Positions 14,413-28,600 of a DNA stretch of 64,000 bases are shown here, piece after piece. The position numbers and the translations under genes are program-made. How positions within the stretch are numbered: the first letter of the stretch is position 1; the number at the start of each line of letters is the position of its first letter. The DNA is from Basidiobolus meristosporus CBS 931.73 (Eukaryota > Fungi > Basidiobolomycota), in assembly GCA_002104905.1 (NCBI GenBank), contig MCFE01000057.1, positions 131,529 to 195,528 on the forward strand, given 5' to 3'. The notes under the pieces were generated by a model that saw only the letters and a list, made by a program, of their open reading frames with translations, searched no databases and had not been told where the DNA came from.

Positions 14413-17400
14413 ATGTCCGAAATACTTCCTATTCGTTTTCAAGAGCATGTTCAGGTTAGTGATTTTCTACGAAAAGTATACTTACATTTGCACGTATGTT
14501 TTAACAAGGAATTTCTACATACCCGCTCTTGACAGCTTCAAGCACTTGGTATCAATGCTGCCAACATCGGATTTAACACATTGACGCTCGAATCCGATCG
14601 CTTCATTTGCGTTCGCGAGAAAGTTGGCGAGCAGAACCAAGTGGTTATTGTGGACTTGACTGATGTTAACAACCTCATCAGAAGACCAATCACTGCCGAC
14701 TCGGCTATCATGAATCCTACTTCAAAAATCATTGCATTGAAAGGTATGTCTAAAGCAACTCCGTTTTCGATAAAATGTAGAGCTAATATATATCTTTCTG
14801 CATGGAAGCTGGGCGTCAACTCCAGATTTTTAACCTCGACACCAAAAGCAAAGTCAAGAGCCATGTCGCGAATGAAGATGTTGTTTTCTGGACTTGGATT
14901 TCCGATACAGTAATCGGACTTGTCACCGAAAATTCAGTTTATCATTGGTCCATAGAAGGATCCTCCGACCCCAGCAAAGTCTTTGATCGTCATAGCAGCT
15001 TAGGTGGCAGTCAAATTATCAGCTACCGTGTTAACCCAGAGGACAATTGGATGGTCCTTATCGGAATTTCCGCTCAGGTAGATCGATCTTTGGACTATTT
15101 TGTTGCCTCACCCCCATACTAATATTGTAAATGCTTTCTAGCAAGGTCGTGTGGTTGGTGCTATGCAGTTGTATTCCAAAGAGAGAGCCGTAAGCCAGCC
15201 CATTGAAGGTCATGCTGCTGCTTTTGCCGAAGTTCAACTTCAAGATGCCGCTAGCCCCTCGAAACTCTTTGCTTTCGCAGTCAAAACTGCCACTGCAGCC
15301 AAGGTATTGGATTTCATGCAAAACTTGTCTAGTTGATCGGTGTATACTAACATCCTTTATGTAATAGCTCCATATTGTGGAGATTGATCACAAGGATGAG
15401 AATCCCGTTTTCCAGAAGAAGGCTGTTGATGTTTTCTTCCCTCCCGAGGCGGTGAATGATTTCCCTGTTGCTATGCAGATCAGCCACAAATATAATATCA
15501 TTTACTTGGTCACCAAGTATGGTTTTATCCATTTGTATGATGTGGAAAGTGGAACCTGTGTATATATGAATCGCATCAGCGGTGATACCATTTTCGTTAC
15601 TGCGGAGCACGAAGCTACTAGCGGAATTATTGGTGTTAATCGCAAAGGACAGGTATACTTCACACTAGACATGTTGCCAGGAATCGTGGCGCTGACAACA
15701 TTTGCTTAGGTACTTTCTGTGAGCATTGACGAAGACAACATCATCCCTTATATCTTGAATAACCTGGGAAATCCTGATCTTGCTTTGAGACTTGCTTCTC
15801 GCAACAATCTTCCTGGTGCTGATGACATGTATGTCACCAGATTCAATCAGTTGTTCTTGTCGGGACAGTATGGTGATGCCGCAAAGGTTGCTGCCACCTC
15901 CCCCAGAGGTATTCTTCGTACTTCTCAAACTATTGAAAAGTTCAAGCAAGTGTATGTAGCACCTGGCCAGCTCTCGCCCATTCTTCAATACTTCAGCATC
16001 CTCTTGGAGAAGGGTGAACTTAACCAGTACGAATCTCTTGAGTTGGCTAGACCCGTGTTACAACAGGGTCGCAAACAACTACTTGAGAAATGGTTGAAGG
16101 AGGATAAATTGGAATGCAGTGAAGAGCTTGGAGATATTGTCAAGCAACACGACCTGACATTAGCCTTGTCTGTGTATTTGAGAGCTAACGTACCTAACAA
16201 GGTTGTTGCTTGTTTTGCCGAAACTGGACAATATAACAAAATCATCTTGTATGCCAAGAAAGTTGGATACCAACCTGATTATGCTATGTTGCTGCAACAT
16301 ATCATGCGCCTCGACCCTGATAAGGGCGCTGAGTTTGCCACTTTACTCTACCGTGACGAAAATGGGCCCCTTCTTGATGTCGAGAGAATTACCGACATTT
16401 TCATGCAGCAAAACTTGGTTCAGCAAGTCACTTCGTTCCTGTTGGACGCCCTTAAGGATAATCTTCCCGAGCAAGGCAACCTGCAGACCAGACTTCTGGA
16501 GATGAATTTAATGCAAGCACCACAAGTTGCCGATGCCATCCTTGGTAATGAGATGTTTACTCACTACGATCGCCCGGCTATTGCCACTCTTTGTGAAAAG
16601 GCTGGATTGTATCAACGTGCGCTAGAACATTACACCGAAATTCAAGATATCAAACGTGTAATTGTTCACACTCATTTGCTCAATGCCGAATGGGTCGTCA
16701 ACTACTTCGGTACCCTCTCTGTAGAACAATCACTTGAATGCCTTAAGGAAATGTTGAATCAGAACATCAGACAAAACTTGCAAATCTGTGTTCAGATTGC
16801 ATCCAAATACTCGGAGCAATTGGGTCCACACAATCTGATCTCCTTGTTTGAGGATTTCAATAGTTTCGAAGGATTGTTCTACTATTTGGGCTCTGTAGTC
16901 AACTTCAGTCAAGATTCTGATGTTCATTTCAAGTACATCGAGGCTGCCTGCAGATCCGGTCAACTTAAGGAGGTTGAGAGAATCTGCCGGGAGAGTAATT
17001 ATTACGATCCTGAGAAAGTCAAGAACTTCCTCAAGGAGGCCAAGCTCCCTGATCAGTTGCCTCTCATCATTGTGTGCGATCGATTTGATTTCGTACATGA
17101 TCTCATCCTCTACTTGTACCACAATAGCATGTATAAGTTCATTGAGGTTTACGTGCAGAACGTCAACTCTATGCGTACTCCTGTTGTAATTGGCGCTTTG
17201 CTTGATGTCGGATGTGAGGAATCTGTTATCAAGGATCTTCTGATGTCCGTTACCGGGTCAATTTCCATCGAGGAGCTTACCGAAGAATGCGAAAGCCGTG
17301 ATAGACTCAAGCTATTGCTTCCATATCTTGAAGGAAAGGTTAACCAAGGAAGCCAAGAGCCCGGCGTATACAATGCATTGGCCAAGATTTACATTGACAG

Positions 17401-19777
17401 CAACCATAACCCCGAGCAATTTTTGAGAGAAAACCAATTCTACGACCCCTTGCTTATCGGTAAATACTGCGAGAAGCGTGATCCTTATCTTGCTTATATT
17501 TCCTATGAGCACGGTCAATGCGATTTGGAGCTTGTTGGTATCACCAACGAAAACGATATGTTCAAACATCAAGCACGTTACTTGGTTAAACGCCGTGATC
17601 TAGACTTGTGGCAATATGTCTTGAATGCGGAGAATCCTCACAAGAGAGATTTGGTTGACCAAGTTGTGGGTACCGCATTGTCCGAATCTCAAGACCCTGA
17701 AGAAGTTTCGGTTACTGTCAAGGCTTTCATGGCAGCTGATCTCCCCAACGAGTTGATTGAGCTCCTTGAGAAGATTATCTTGGAGAATTCTGCTTTCAGT
17801 GACAATAAGAATTTGCAAAACTTGCTTATTCTCACTGCGGTCAAGGCAGATAAAACCAAGGTCATGGATTACATTACTCGACTGAATAACTACGATGCTC
17901 CAGATATCGCGGAAATTGCCATCAGCAATGAGTTGTACGAAGAAGCATTCACCATCTACAAGAAGTATGATGTCAACACTAGCGCAATTGGTGTGCTGTT
18001 AGACAATATCGGTAGCATTGATCGTGGTTACGAGTTTGCTGAACGTTGTGATCAACCCGAAGTTTGGTCCAAATTGGCCAAGGCACAGCTTGATGTCTTC
18101 CGAGTCAAGGATGCCATTGATTCCTATATTCGTGCACAAGATCCTACCAATTTCTTGGAGGTCATCAATGTTTCTTCTGAAGCTGACAAGTACGACGATT
18201 TGGTGAAATTCTTGCAAATGGCTCGCAAGCATACCAGAGAGCCTCTCATTGAAAGCGAACTTCTGTTTGCCTTCGCCAAGACCGAAAGATTGGCCGATTT
18301 GGAAGAGCTCCTCTCTTCACCAAATATTGCCAAGGTGCAAGTAATTGGTGATCGTTGCTTTGACAATGGAATGTATGAAGCCGCCAAGATTCTTTATACC
18401 AATGTTTCTAACTGGGGTCGCCTCGCTACTACTTTGGTTCATCTTGGCGAATACCAAGCATCTGTTGACTGTGCTCGCAAGGCTAACAGCACCAAGGTCT
18501 GGAGAGAAGTTCACTCCGCGTGTATTGAACACAAGGAGTTCCGTCTCGCTCAAATTTGCGGTTTGAACCTGATTGTCCACGCCGAAGAGCTTAACCAAAT
18601 CATCCGTTTGTATGAAAACCAAGGATTTATTGATGAGTTGATGCAACTTCTTGAGGCCGGTCTCGGACTTGAAAGAGCTCACATGGGAATGTTTACCGAA
18701 TTGGCTTGTATTTATGCCAAGTACAAGCCTGAGGTTATGATGGAGCACTTGAAGCTTTTCTGGTCCCGAATCAATATTCCCAAGGTCATCCGTGCTTGTG
18801 AGCAAGCACATATGTGGCCTGAGCTTGTCTTCTTGTATGTTCACTACGACGAGTATGACAACGCAGCCAACACTATGATGAAGCGCTCCGCAGACGCTTG
18901 GGAGCACGCCAGTTTCAAGGATATCATCGTGAAGGTGACAAACCTCGAAATCTATTACAAGGCTCTTCGCTTTTATTTGGATGAGCATCCACTCCTTTTG
19001 AACGATTTGCTTGGTGCTCTCACACCTAGAATTGATCACACCCGTGTTGTTCAAATGTTCCGCAAGTCCGATAACCTGCCCTTGATTAGATCCTACTTGG
19101 TATCTGTGCAAGAGACCAACAACCAAGCTATTAATGAGGCTTATCATGAGCTTCTTATTGAGGAGGAAGACTACGAGGCCCTTAGACACTCCATTGAGCA
19201 ACATTCAAACTTCGACAACATCGAATTGGCTCAAAAGCTTGAGAAGCACGAGCTTTTGGAATTCCGCAGAATTGCGGCCCATTTGTACAAGGCCAACAAG
19301 AAATGGAAGCAGTCGATTTCTCTTTCCAAGGTTGATAAGCTCTATAGAGATACCATGGAGACCGCGTACGAATCCAAGGATACCGAAACCTCCGAAGATC
19401 TTCTACGTTACTTCGTGGATATCGGCAAGCAAGAATGCTTCGCTGCTTGTTTGTATCTGTGCTACGATCTGCTTCGCCCTGACGTTGTCATGGAGTTGGC
19501 TTGGAGAGCTGGCTGGCAGGATTTTGCCATGCCATACTACATCCAGGTGGTTAGAGAGCTCTCTACTAAGGTCGAGATTCTTGAGAAACACGATCGTGAA
19601 AGATTAGAGAAGGATGCTGCTGAGAAGAAGCAGGCCATGGATGCGCCAATGATCAATCCTGGTGGGTTTGGTAACTCCCTCATGATTACAGCAGGCCCTG
19701 GAGGTATGATGGCACCCCAAGGAGGTATGGGGATGGGTACACCACAGATGGGTGGGTACAACATGTCGAATTATTAA
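14413..19777 (+). CDS. CHC1: Clathrin heavy chain (multi-exon)
   Basis: [12 protein letters not shown] start, [12 protein letters not shown] and [13 protein letters not shown] beta-propeller, and a 1352-aa CHCR-repeat exon (15719-19777). Confidence 0.98.
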
Positions 19778-20717
19778 ATCCAATGAAGTCACAATAATTT
19801 TCAACATATAAATATATTAATAAATACATGACAAGCATATTTATTTCATGAAATATGTCTTTGATTAACAAGAGAGGCCCATTCGATCTGATCGGAGATG
19901 AATCAAGGAAGCCACCGCTCAGTGGGTCTATGTGAACACTCAGTCAGTGTGAGATGCATCTAGATTACCTCTCCTCTACAGCTGAATGCGGGCAAGTATT
20001 CAAATATAATTAACACCCTTTAAGGAAGAACACCTCTGGCGAGGCTTCTACTTGTGTTTTCCTCTGATGTCAACAAGCACAGATCAAGTCCGCAATCTAA
20101 AGTTGGCTATTGTCGTAAGTCATGGAGATGGACATTTACGAACAGAGGATCCCAAGTGAGCGAGATACGCGCACTACCATAGGCCCGTCTTGATGATCAT
20201 CGGGATCTGCAAGGGAGAAAAAGCACTTCGGAGAGAACGTATTCGGGTGGTGTGCTACTCTACCATAGCAGATGGGAATATTCCAGAGGGACCATTTTTG
20301 GCTTGGATGGTTTGAAAGATCGTGAAGGCCAACGGTTTTGGGTGATATTGGTAGGTCGTATACGATCTTTCAGACGATTGCCGCAGGGCTTGCTTTGGAA
20401 TGCTGTCGATTGAGTACCAGCGAGGCACCTAGAACCCAGTCTAAAGATACAGAAGACATGTTTGGTAAGTGGGAAATAGGCATCGTAGTATTGGACCTCA
20501 ATATGACTTGATTCTACCAACTGAATTAGGCTATCCGCCAATCGAAGTGATGTAGTGGGCTTTCCTAAATTGGGGCTTGGCATGCAGTAATGAGAGTTTC
20601 AAGCATCGCCTAAAATTAGTGAGATTAAAAAGCTAAATCTCAATAAAGATACCTGCCTGCTTATAAGTATCCGTCCGGGCCTACACCCCCGCCAAGACTG
20701 TGCCCATCACTAAAACC

Positions 20718-20971
20718 ATGGCACGTCGGAGCAAAAGCGACATCTCGAAGCTTCGCGAAGCTTCGACTCCCTCAAGTTAGTCCAATCCATCATACAAATC
20801 TTCAACCCGGTCCCGGAAGAGGCCCCGGCTCAAGGCGATCCACAACCATTGGACTTTAAATTCAACAGCAACGGCAAACTCCGGAATGCCGACGCGCTTC
20901 CCAGTTTCGACGAGTTGATGGTCAGTGAGAAGGTCGTTCGTGTCTCACTCACTCCCTCCATTGCTCTGTAG
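20718..20971 (+). pseudogene. Small ORF A carrying the LPxFD..LTP motif; the ATG frame and motif frame differ by -1 (frameshifted, or spliced)
   Basis: Frame ending at 20971 reads ...FKFNSNGKLRNADALPSFDELMVSEKVVRVSLTPSIAL*. The ATG-20718 frame stops after 20 codons. TATA-like TATAAG at ~20663. Confidence 0.45.
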
Positions 20972-21216
20972 TTGACCCGCCTCGAATACAGCCCTCGAAC
21001 TGTCGCAGGTCGATGATGTATATATTCCAAATCTTCATGAAAATTTAGTAATTTAATAACGATGTACACGTTGAGATTTGACACTGGGGAATTTATTTCA
21101 CTTCCTGGTTGTAGATAAAAATACAATAAACTAAACTATTCACAGAGTGCTTATGTACAGGTGTAGGTGGGGTAGTGAGAAGCGTAGGGAATCATCTGGG
21201 CGCAGCCGTTAGTCAG

Positions 21217-21504
21217 TTAGATTGCAATGCGCGGCGTTAGTTGAACATGGATGGTCTGTTGGGTGTTCAGCAGATCCTCGAAGTTTGGAAGGGAATGTCT
21301 GTCCTCGATGATCCCGTTGGGATTGCATTTGAACAGCACCCAGTCGTCATATTCGGACACAGACGACTTGTCGCTCACTGTCTCGAAGGAGTTGGAGCTG
21401 AAGGATTTGGTATTAAAGCAATAGAGGAATGCGGAGATGGGGGGTTTATGCATTTGTTGGTACTCTCCAGATACCCGGCGTTTTAGATCTTTAAAGGTGA
21501 GCAT
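21217..21504 (-). CDS. Small ORF B (95 aa), unknown function, shared C-terminal motif
   Basis: MLTFKDLKRR...FKCNPNGIIEDRHSLPNFEDLLNTQQTIHVQLTPRIAI*. TATAAAA lies ~50 nt upstream of the ATG. Confidence 0.6.
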   Translation of the reverse strand: MLTFKDLKRRVSGEYQQMHKPPISAFLYCFNTKSFSSNSFETVSDKSSVSEYDDWVLFKCNPNGIIEDRHSLPNFEDLLNTQQTIHVQLTPRIAI

Positions 21505-22324
21505 GATTAGGTGAGGTTCGTTGTGGAAAGTGTAGAAGGATTCTCCTCTTTTTATAACTTCGTCGATCCTGATGTCAGTCACACCTATCACGGAATTCGA
21601 AAGTGAGACTTGCAACCGATCTGAGTAATCCGTATATGGGACTGCGATGACTAATCTACTGGTGATGCGTCATTGGGGTCGAGAAGGAATAGCGCCAGAA
21701 AATGTTTGACATTCTTACTCGCTGCTGAGTCGCTCAGGAATTGGGAAGTTACCAAGCTGATTCAACAGGTGTAACTAGTGGGGGCTATATCATTTGTTGC
21801 GAGTGGTGAATCACTGCCCTTCCCCCTTAATTCTCAGCTTAGTGGGAATGTAGTGTTCTTATCAGTGATCATGAGACTGCATTTACATCAGCACCAGAAT
21901 CTAAGCTTTCGGATGCAGAATATCTCTGGAATCACCGGTGCCGAGAAAGTCGAGATTGTTCAATCCCAGCTTTCTCTAGATCCAATTACTCTGGACGTGC
22001 GGGCATGGTATCAGTACGTATTTTTGAAACCACCTTACGCATTCGGTACCTCGAATCGGCCGCCACTTCTTTCATTTGTGACTTTAGGCTGGGATTCGGT
22101 TCAATTGATGGAACCATATATATATAACGATGGCTGGATGAAATATCCGTTACTCCGAATCTCTGCTTGGTTTTATATAGTAGTATACATAGTGTTGATG
22201 GGTGGAAACCGTCATAATAATACAAGTGTGAAATCTACATTATAGGAATAATAACTGTAATAGTCTTTTGGCCAGAAATGATGTGCGTATGGTGCAAATG
22301 GGATAGAGATGCTCAAGAGCTTTG

Positions 22325-22588
22325 CTACTGCGCGACCACCGGGGTCAGTGAAAAGTGATAGGTTTTTCCATTGCTTAGCATGTCATCGAAGTGTGGCATG
22401 GATTGCAGCAACTGACGGCGAACCTTGCCACGGGAAATATCCACCTCCTCGACCCTAGCCGTCGACGGGAATGTAGAACTGAAGCCAAATGTATTTGTCA
22501 AACTACTCACTTTGCCCTTTGGCTTGACTGCCTCGTCGTGGAAGGAGCATATCTTGCGGATTGATTTGATTGGGGAGAACTTGAACAT
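22325..22588 (-). CDS. Small ORF C (87 aa), unknown function, shared C-terminal motif
   Basis: MFKFSPIKSIRK...SRGKVRRQLLQSMPHFDDMLSNGKTYHFSLTPVVAQ*. TATAAAA lies ~50 nt upstream. Confidence 0.6.
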   Translation of the reverse strand: MFKFSPIKSIRKICSFHDEAVKPKGKVSSLTNTFGFSSTFPSTARVEEVDISRGKVRRQLLQSMPHFDDMLSNGKTYHFSLTPVVAQ

Positions 22589-25500
22589 GGGGCGCTGTCA
22601 ACGAGTGTGAGTAGCTGCGTGGGATAGTTTGTCTTTTTATACCGCAACACTGCCCCCACTACCTCATCTCCCTCGGGCAGACCCCTAATCAAAACACCAC
22701 ATTCGCTGCCAGTGTTACGGCAAAGCAGGTTTCTGGATTTCACTTCAACGCTTCGTGTCTCGACGCCGCATTGAATTCCTAATATGAGCTACCAAGGTAC
22801 GAGGTCCATCATACCAGTATCCAAGAGGGAGCCTCTGGTGTAACAACAATTAGGTATCAATTAGGGATACAAAAGTCCATTTGGCAGCTGACTATGAACC
22901 TTGCACCATTTTGCTGCTGTACCCACTCAACACTTGACAAATCTCGCCTTGTCTAGTGTTTCAGCGGGAGAGCAATCATGGGTAAATGTGAAGATCACTC
23001 TAGGTTCTGCGACTTCCATATTAAGATGATGTGTTTCATAAATGGAGGAACATTCAATTAGGATTCTAGGGCCTAGTTGTTTAGTCAGGTGCATGGTAAA
23101 AGCGAGCAAAAGTAGTGGGATCCTCGATCACGAATGACTCAAGACATACTGCCTATTGGCCCATAATCTATATGTGATCTCCAGAGCACATCATCCTCAA
23201 GGCAGGCGTGTGGTGTCTGATTGATTTCCGCAATAAAATATACGGATCACATTACTAAAACATATCACATGACCAAGGGTCTCACTAGCTCGTTACCTGT
23301 TAGTGTTTAGAACCGTTCATCGCGTGATTTAAGCTCACAGCCTTACTAGCCATGAGGGTGGTCAGATGACAGGTGGTGTGGTATAAGTGACATACATTCT
23401 GACGAATATAGCGTAACCATCCGTTCCATGAAGACCACCATCATTCTTGCAATACCGCATATTGCGTGTCTACTTGCCTCCCTGAACCTTCGATCATGGT
23501 TGAAAAGTATAGACGTTGGAAGGTGTCTGTAAGGGTAAATGAAAAGAGAGGAACAATGTGATCAGACTACGCTCATGAAAGTCGGCTTATAGAAATATTA
23601 ACTTGTAATTTGCCAATCATGCTGATTGGGTGCAAACATCGTCTGTTCTGAAATCTGAGATAGCAATAGTTGATGGATATCAAGCTGCTAGTTTCATTCA
23701 TGCTTCTACCAAGGGGGGACATTGCGCATCATGAATCTGCAACTTTGTGAGCGCATTGTTGTAAACCCCACACATGATCTAGTAACTGATGGCTGTCTTA
23801 GAAACTCATGAGAGTAGTTGGCTAATCTACACAATCTGGTGGAGATATGGCACTGCCCAATGGTCGGATGAACATAAACTCCCTTGAAGATGATCACTTA
23901 AAAATACGAACAAACCATCATTGGAGATGGAGAATCACAACTTATTTTTGTTTAAACCACCAGATGCCATTGATGCAAATCAAACAACTATCCCTTCCCC
24001 GTGAAGATACGAAAATCATGTCCACCCAAGGGTCACTTTAAGCAATCTTGAAAATATCTGCCAACTGGGATTTTCCGATTAATGGCTGCCATACAGAAAT
24101 ACATCAGACAATCCCTCAAATTTGACAACCAGATATCACAGTGGTATGCACGAAATTACATCCTCCAAGAGGCGCCAAATCAAAAATCTTGGATGTAAAC
24201 ACTATATGGCTCTCCAGACCATAATACCAAATCCTCAGTATAGTATCAACGGGCGAATATGGGATACTGCGCATTACTATATCGATGGTCAGGTAGAACG
24301 TAAGCAAAGCTGACATCGCCACTGTATCTTGTTAAAGACGCAATTATTTATACCAACACAGTGGAGCATACTCTAAATGGTAAGAGATCCAAGATCAAAA
24401 CAAACGTAAATCAACCCAGGTATACCGTCCACCAATGGCCTCAGGTCTATTGTGATTGAAAAGGAACACTATCCAAAAGAAGAGAAATGTCCATGCTCCC
24501 GGTTACATTATCTTCCTTCGAAGCATCGTTACCAACAATGGACATAGAATCATCCTGGTTACGCTCAATCATTGGTATGCTATTTTTGCATAGATCATAT
24601 CGCTTTGTTTTCGCTAGTTGGTATTGGTTCGATTGAATTGCGGTTGGGGCCTACAAGCAAATCATGAAATTGATGGTCCTCTTTTCAATGTGCATGTGGG
24701 ATTATTAGTGAGTCGGATTACTCGAAATACACTGTTGCCCATCTAAAGGAGTTGGTAGACAAGTGTTGTAAGTATATGTAAAAAATCTCGTCGATCAAGG
24801 AGCCACAGGTTGCTTTTGAACGCTAAGTCTAGACGAGTCAAAAATAGGACATTTCTATCGGTAGGAGTGACTTTCGATATAGAATCGGCTGCTAAGCTAA
24901 AAATAGGAAGCCGCCTATTATGCCATCCACTACTGTTTTCACTCTATCTAATCCGAAAGCAATATCAATTATAAGGTAGTGAATGTTTCGATTTGACCAT
25001 TCACTATTGGTGGCAACGGATAGGTTGGCGGGTAGCCTGTTTCAATAGTTTACCACTAGCTCAACAGGCCTCTCCACTCTTTGTTGCTTGCTCTGCTTGA
25101 AGCATCTGCCAATGGTGACTGGGCGATTTAGTACTTAAGTGCTATTGATTCCATCGGTGTTTCTATATTAAATCATGGTTTTCGAATTCATTTTCCAAAA
25201 AAGTGAAGCGCTACTATTGTAGATAACAGTATCCTGGCAAGGTATTCGAGAATTCCTAATGTCGAGGCATATGGGGGTGTGGATCCGACATAAAAACATT
25301 GTTACCTTGGAAAGCATTTATTTGCTGTTCACATTTCATAAATAAACCAACCACTCTCTTTTTCCATTTCTCTCGTTCTCTCCTTTGTCTGGTTTCATCG
25401 GGTGCCTTGTACTAGTTCAACTTCTTTTTTTTGGTACCAATTAGACGCTGAAGAAAAACCCTGTCTCCTGTCTGTCCTTTTCTACATTGATACCAGCAAT

Positions 25501-25674
25501 CCCTTCATACATCGAGATTTCAGTCTGAACTCGATATCCGTGCGACAGCTTTACCATTGTCCATATAATCACAGGTAAGTCGGTGTTACACCGTACTACA
25601 TCAAAGAATAGGATTCGGCAGTCTAACATGCGTTACCATCCAGTATCTTCGATATTGACAATAGAGTAGTTGCC

Positions 25675-28600
25675 ATGGGTTCAAACGGCACAATACCGTA
25701 TGATCTAGTGACTCTTTCGTCACCCTCGGAGGATGATGTTACTCATGTCCTAGAGGACAACTTTGAACAAAACAACACATATTTAAAGATCGGGGCCCAC
25801 GTACTCCTCTCCCTGAATCACGGCCAAATATCCCCACGAAAGAGTGCTGAGTTGGAAGAATATATCAATGATTTTAGAGATGCCCAGCCTACTTATGGCG
25901 ATAGATTGAGGCCACACATATTCCAAACAGTCAGCCATGCCTACCTCGAGATGCGACGCACCGGTTACAACCAATCCATCGTATTCAGGTAATTGGGTGA
26001 CATGATTCCAGAATATTCATGATGTCTGACATTTCTCTTTATCTAGCGGGGAGACCGGCAGTGGTAAATCCACCAACAAATTCCTTGCCCTAGAAGCGTT
26101 GGGCAAGATAAGAGAGCCGTCTAAAAAGGAATCGCACGTCGTGAAGCTGATCACTAACGCGTGCAAGATCCTGGAAGCATTCGGGAACGCTGGAACGGTT
26201 AGAAATCCCAACGCCTCGCGGTTCGGAAGTTACATCGAGATTCAATTCAACGAGCGCGGTCGTATTCTGGGGTCCAAATTCTTGGATTACCTTTTGGAGA
26301 AGTCCCGGGTGACACAGCCGACCCACGGTGAGCAAAACTTCCATGTCTTCCACTACTTGCACAATGGGGCGTCCATCGACGAGAGGGTGCATTTCCATTT
26401 CGCCGATACCGCCGAGTTCTCCTACCTTCCTCAGAACTCCGCCTACATTAGAGAGGACGATGCAAGGAAGTTCCACGAGCTTCGTGACTGCATGAAGTCC
26501 CTTGGGCTTAACAAGAAATACCAGAACCAGATCTTTCGACTGTTGGCTGCTATCCTGCATCTGGGTAATCTCACTTTCGTCGATGCGCACAACAAGAATC
26601 TCGAGGCGTCGTCTGTCAAGAATGTCGAAGTCCTGGATACGGTGGCGGAATTCCTCGGCGTTTCGACAGCATCCCTCGAGAGTGTCTTGACCTACAAAAC
26701 ACAGCTGGTCAAAAAGGAGATGTGCACAATTTTCCTCGATGCAAAGCATGCCGAGATCCAGAGGGATAGCTTGGCAAGGGCTTTGTATTCCTTGTTGTTC
26801 AGTTGGATCGTGGAGTTTGTCAACACCAAGCTGTGCAGTGAGGAGCAAACGAACTTCATCGGTCTCGTGGACATGATGGGATTCCAAAACCGCTCGGTGG
26901 ACTCCTTCAACCAGTTCTGCGTCAATTTCGCCAATGAGCGAATCCACAACTTCCTCAATCACCAGATATTCGAGTTGAACAACATCGATTATGAGGATCA
27001 AGGAATCGCAGTCCCCAATATTGCCTACTTCGACAACTCCTCATGTATCGATCTCATCATGAAACCGAAGACCGGCCTCATCTCGATCATGGACAATCTC
27101 GCCAGCAAGTCGGAGAATGAGGTGTCGGACCAGGAGCTGCTCGAGGCTCTGGAGAACGCACAAAATAGCCACGACAGCTTTATCAGTTTCCCGGGCGATT
27201 CGCACTCTGGATTTGCTATCCGGCATTATGCTGGCAAGGCCAGCTATTCAATCCAAGGATTCATGGAGAAGAATACCGAAAACATCGGAACGGACTTCAT
27301 CGACCTTTTCCGTGGTGGCTCGGACGTGAAACCTACTAGCAACTCCTTTATTGCCGGCCTGTTCTCCAACAAAACCGTTTCCTACCAATCGCATCCAAGA
27401 AACAATGCTACCATCGTGGGCGCCCAACAATCCGCCGCCCCCACAAGGAAGCCCTCCATGCGACGTACCAGAAAGAAAGACAGCAACAAAGAGTGCAGGG
27501 CCATGCAGTTCCAGCAGGCCGTGAGCGAGCTTATCGAAACTCTGGAGGAAACCACTCCCTGGTTTGTGATTTGCATCCAGCCCAATATCGAGGGGAACCC
27601 CAATCAGTTCGACTTCCATCATGTCAAGTCGCAAGTGCGGCGTCTGGGCCTGAGTCAGATTGCTGAACGCCAGCGTTTCGAATATACGTCGTCAGTCGAC
27701 TACGATAGCTTTGTGAGACGCTACGGAAGTCATGTCGATTTGCAGGAGCCAGCGTCGCGGGAGGCAATGGAGCAGCTCCGAACGAACCTCGGTTGGTCGG
27801 AACGTGACATGATGCTTGGAAGCACCAAAGTATTTTTGAACTTTGCTGCTTGGAAATACCTTGAAGATCAGTTACGCGCTGCGGAAAATGAGGACAGATT
27901 GCGCCGTAAATCCACCGGTACAAACGTTGAGACTATGAGCCAAGCTGCCCCCTCCATTTTTACAAACAGCGGGACGGTAAATGAAAGTCGAGAATATTTC
28001 CCGGCCACGGGTCGTGTTTCTTCCCCTGGACCAGTGCCTCGGGAGTATCCGCTTTCATCCAACCCAGTGGACAATCGGTCATTTTATAGCGGGGCCGAGT
28101 CCTACTACAGCGATGAGGATTACTACGAGCGGGAATCCAGTTCGATAGCCGGGACGGAGCCATATCCCCTCAAGCCGGTTGGGCTGCAGGAGGTCAAGAG
28201 GGAAGCAGAGGTATTTGATCCCAAGGAACACCAGGAGCTCAGCAAGCCTAGAAAAAGATGGTTGTGTTGCACCTGGGCGTTGACATTCTGGATCCCCACA
28301 TTTACCCTAAGTATGTGTGGTAGAATGAAGCGACCAGATGTTCAGATCGCTTGGCGTGAAAAGACCGCGTTATGCATGATCATCTTCTTCCTATGTATTT
28401 TCGTCCTCTTCTTCCTTATCTTCTTTGGCCGACTTATCTGCCCCAGACAGTATGTTTATTCATCAACCGAACTTGCAAGACATACATCAGCCGATAGCCC
28501 GTTCGTGTCCATTCGTGGAGAAGTGTTCACCATCAAAAACTTCGTCCACTACACCGTTCCGGCCTCGGCCATCATCACGGAATATGCAGGCAAGGAAGTT

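Noticed and set aside
22750-25670. 3-kb region with several short ORFs
   Set aside because: No domain, repeat or splice pattern recognised; treated as intergenic or chitin synthase upstream region.
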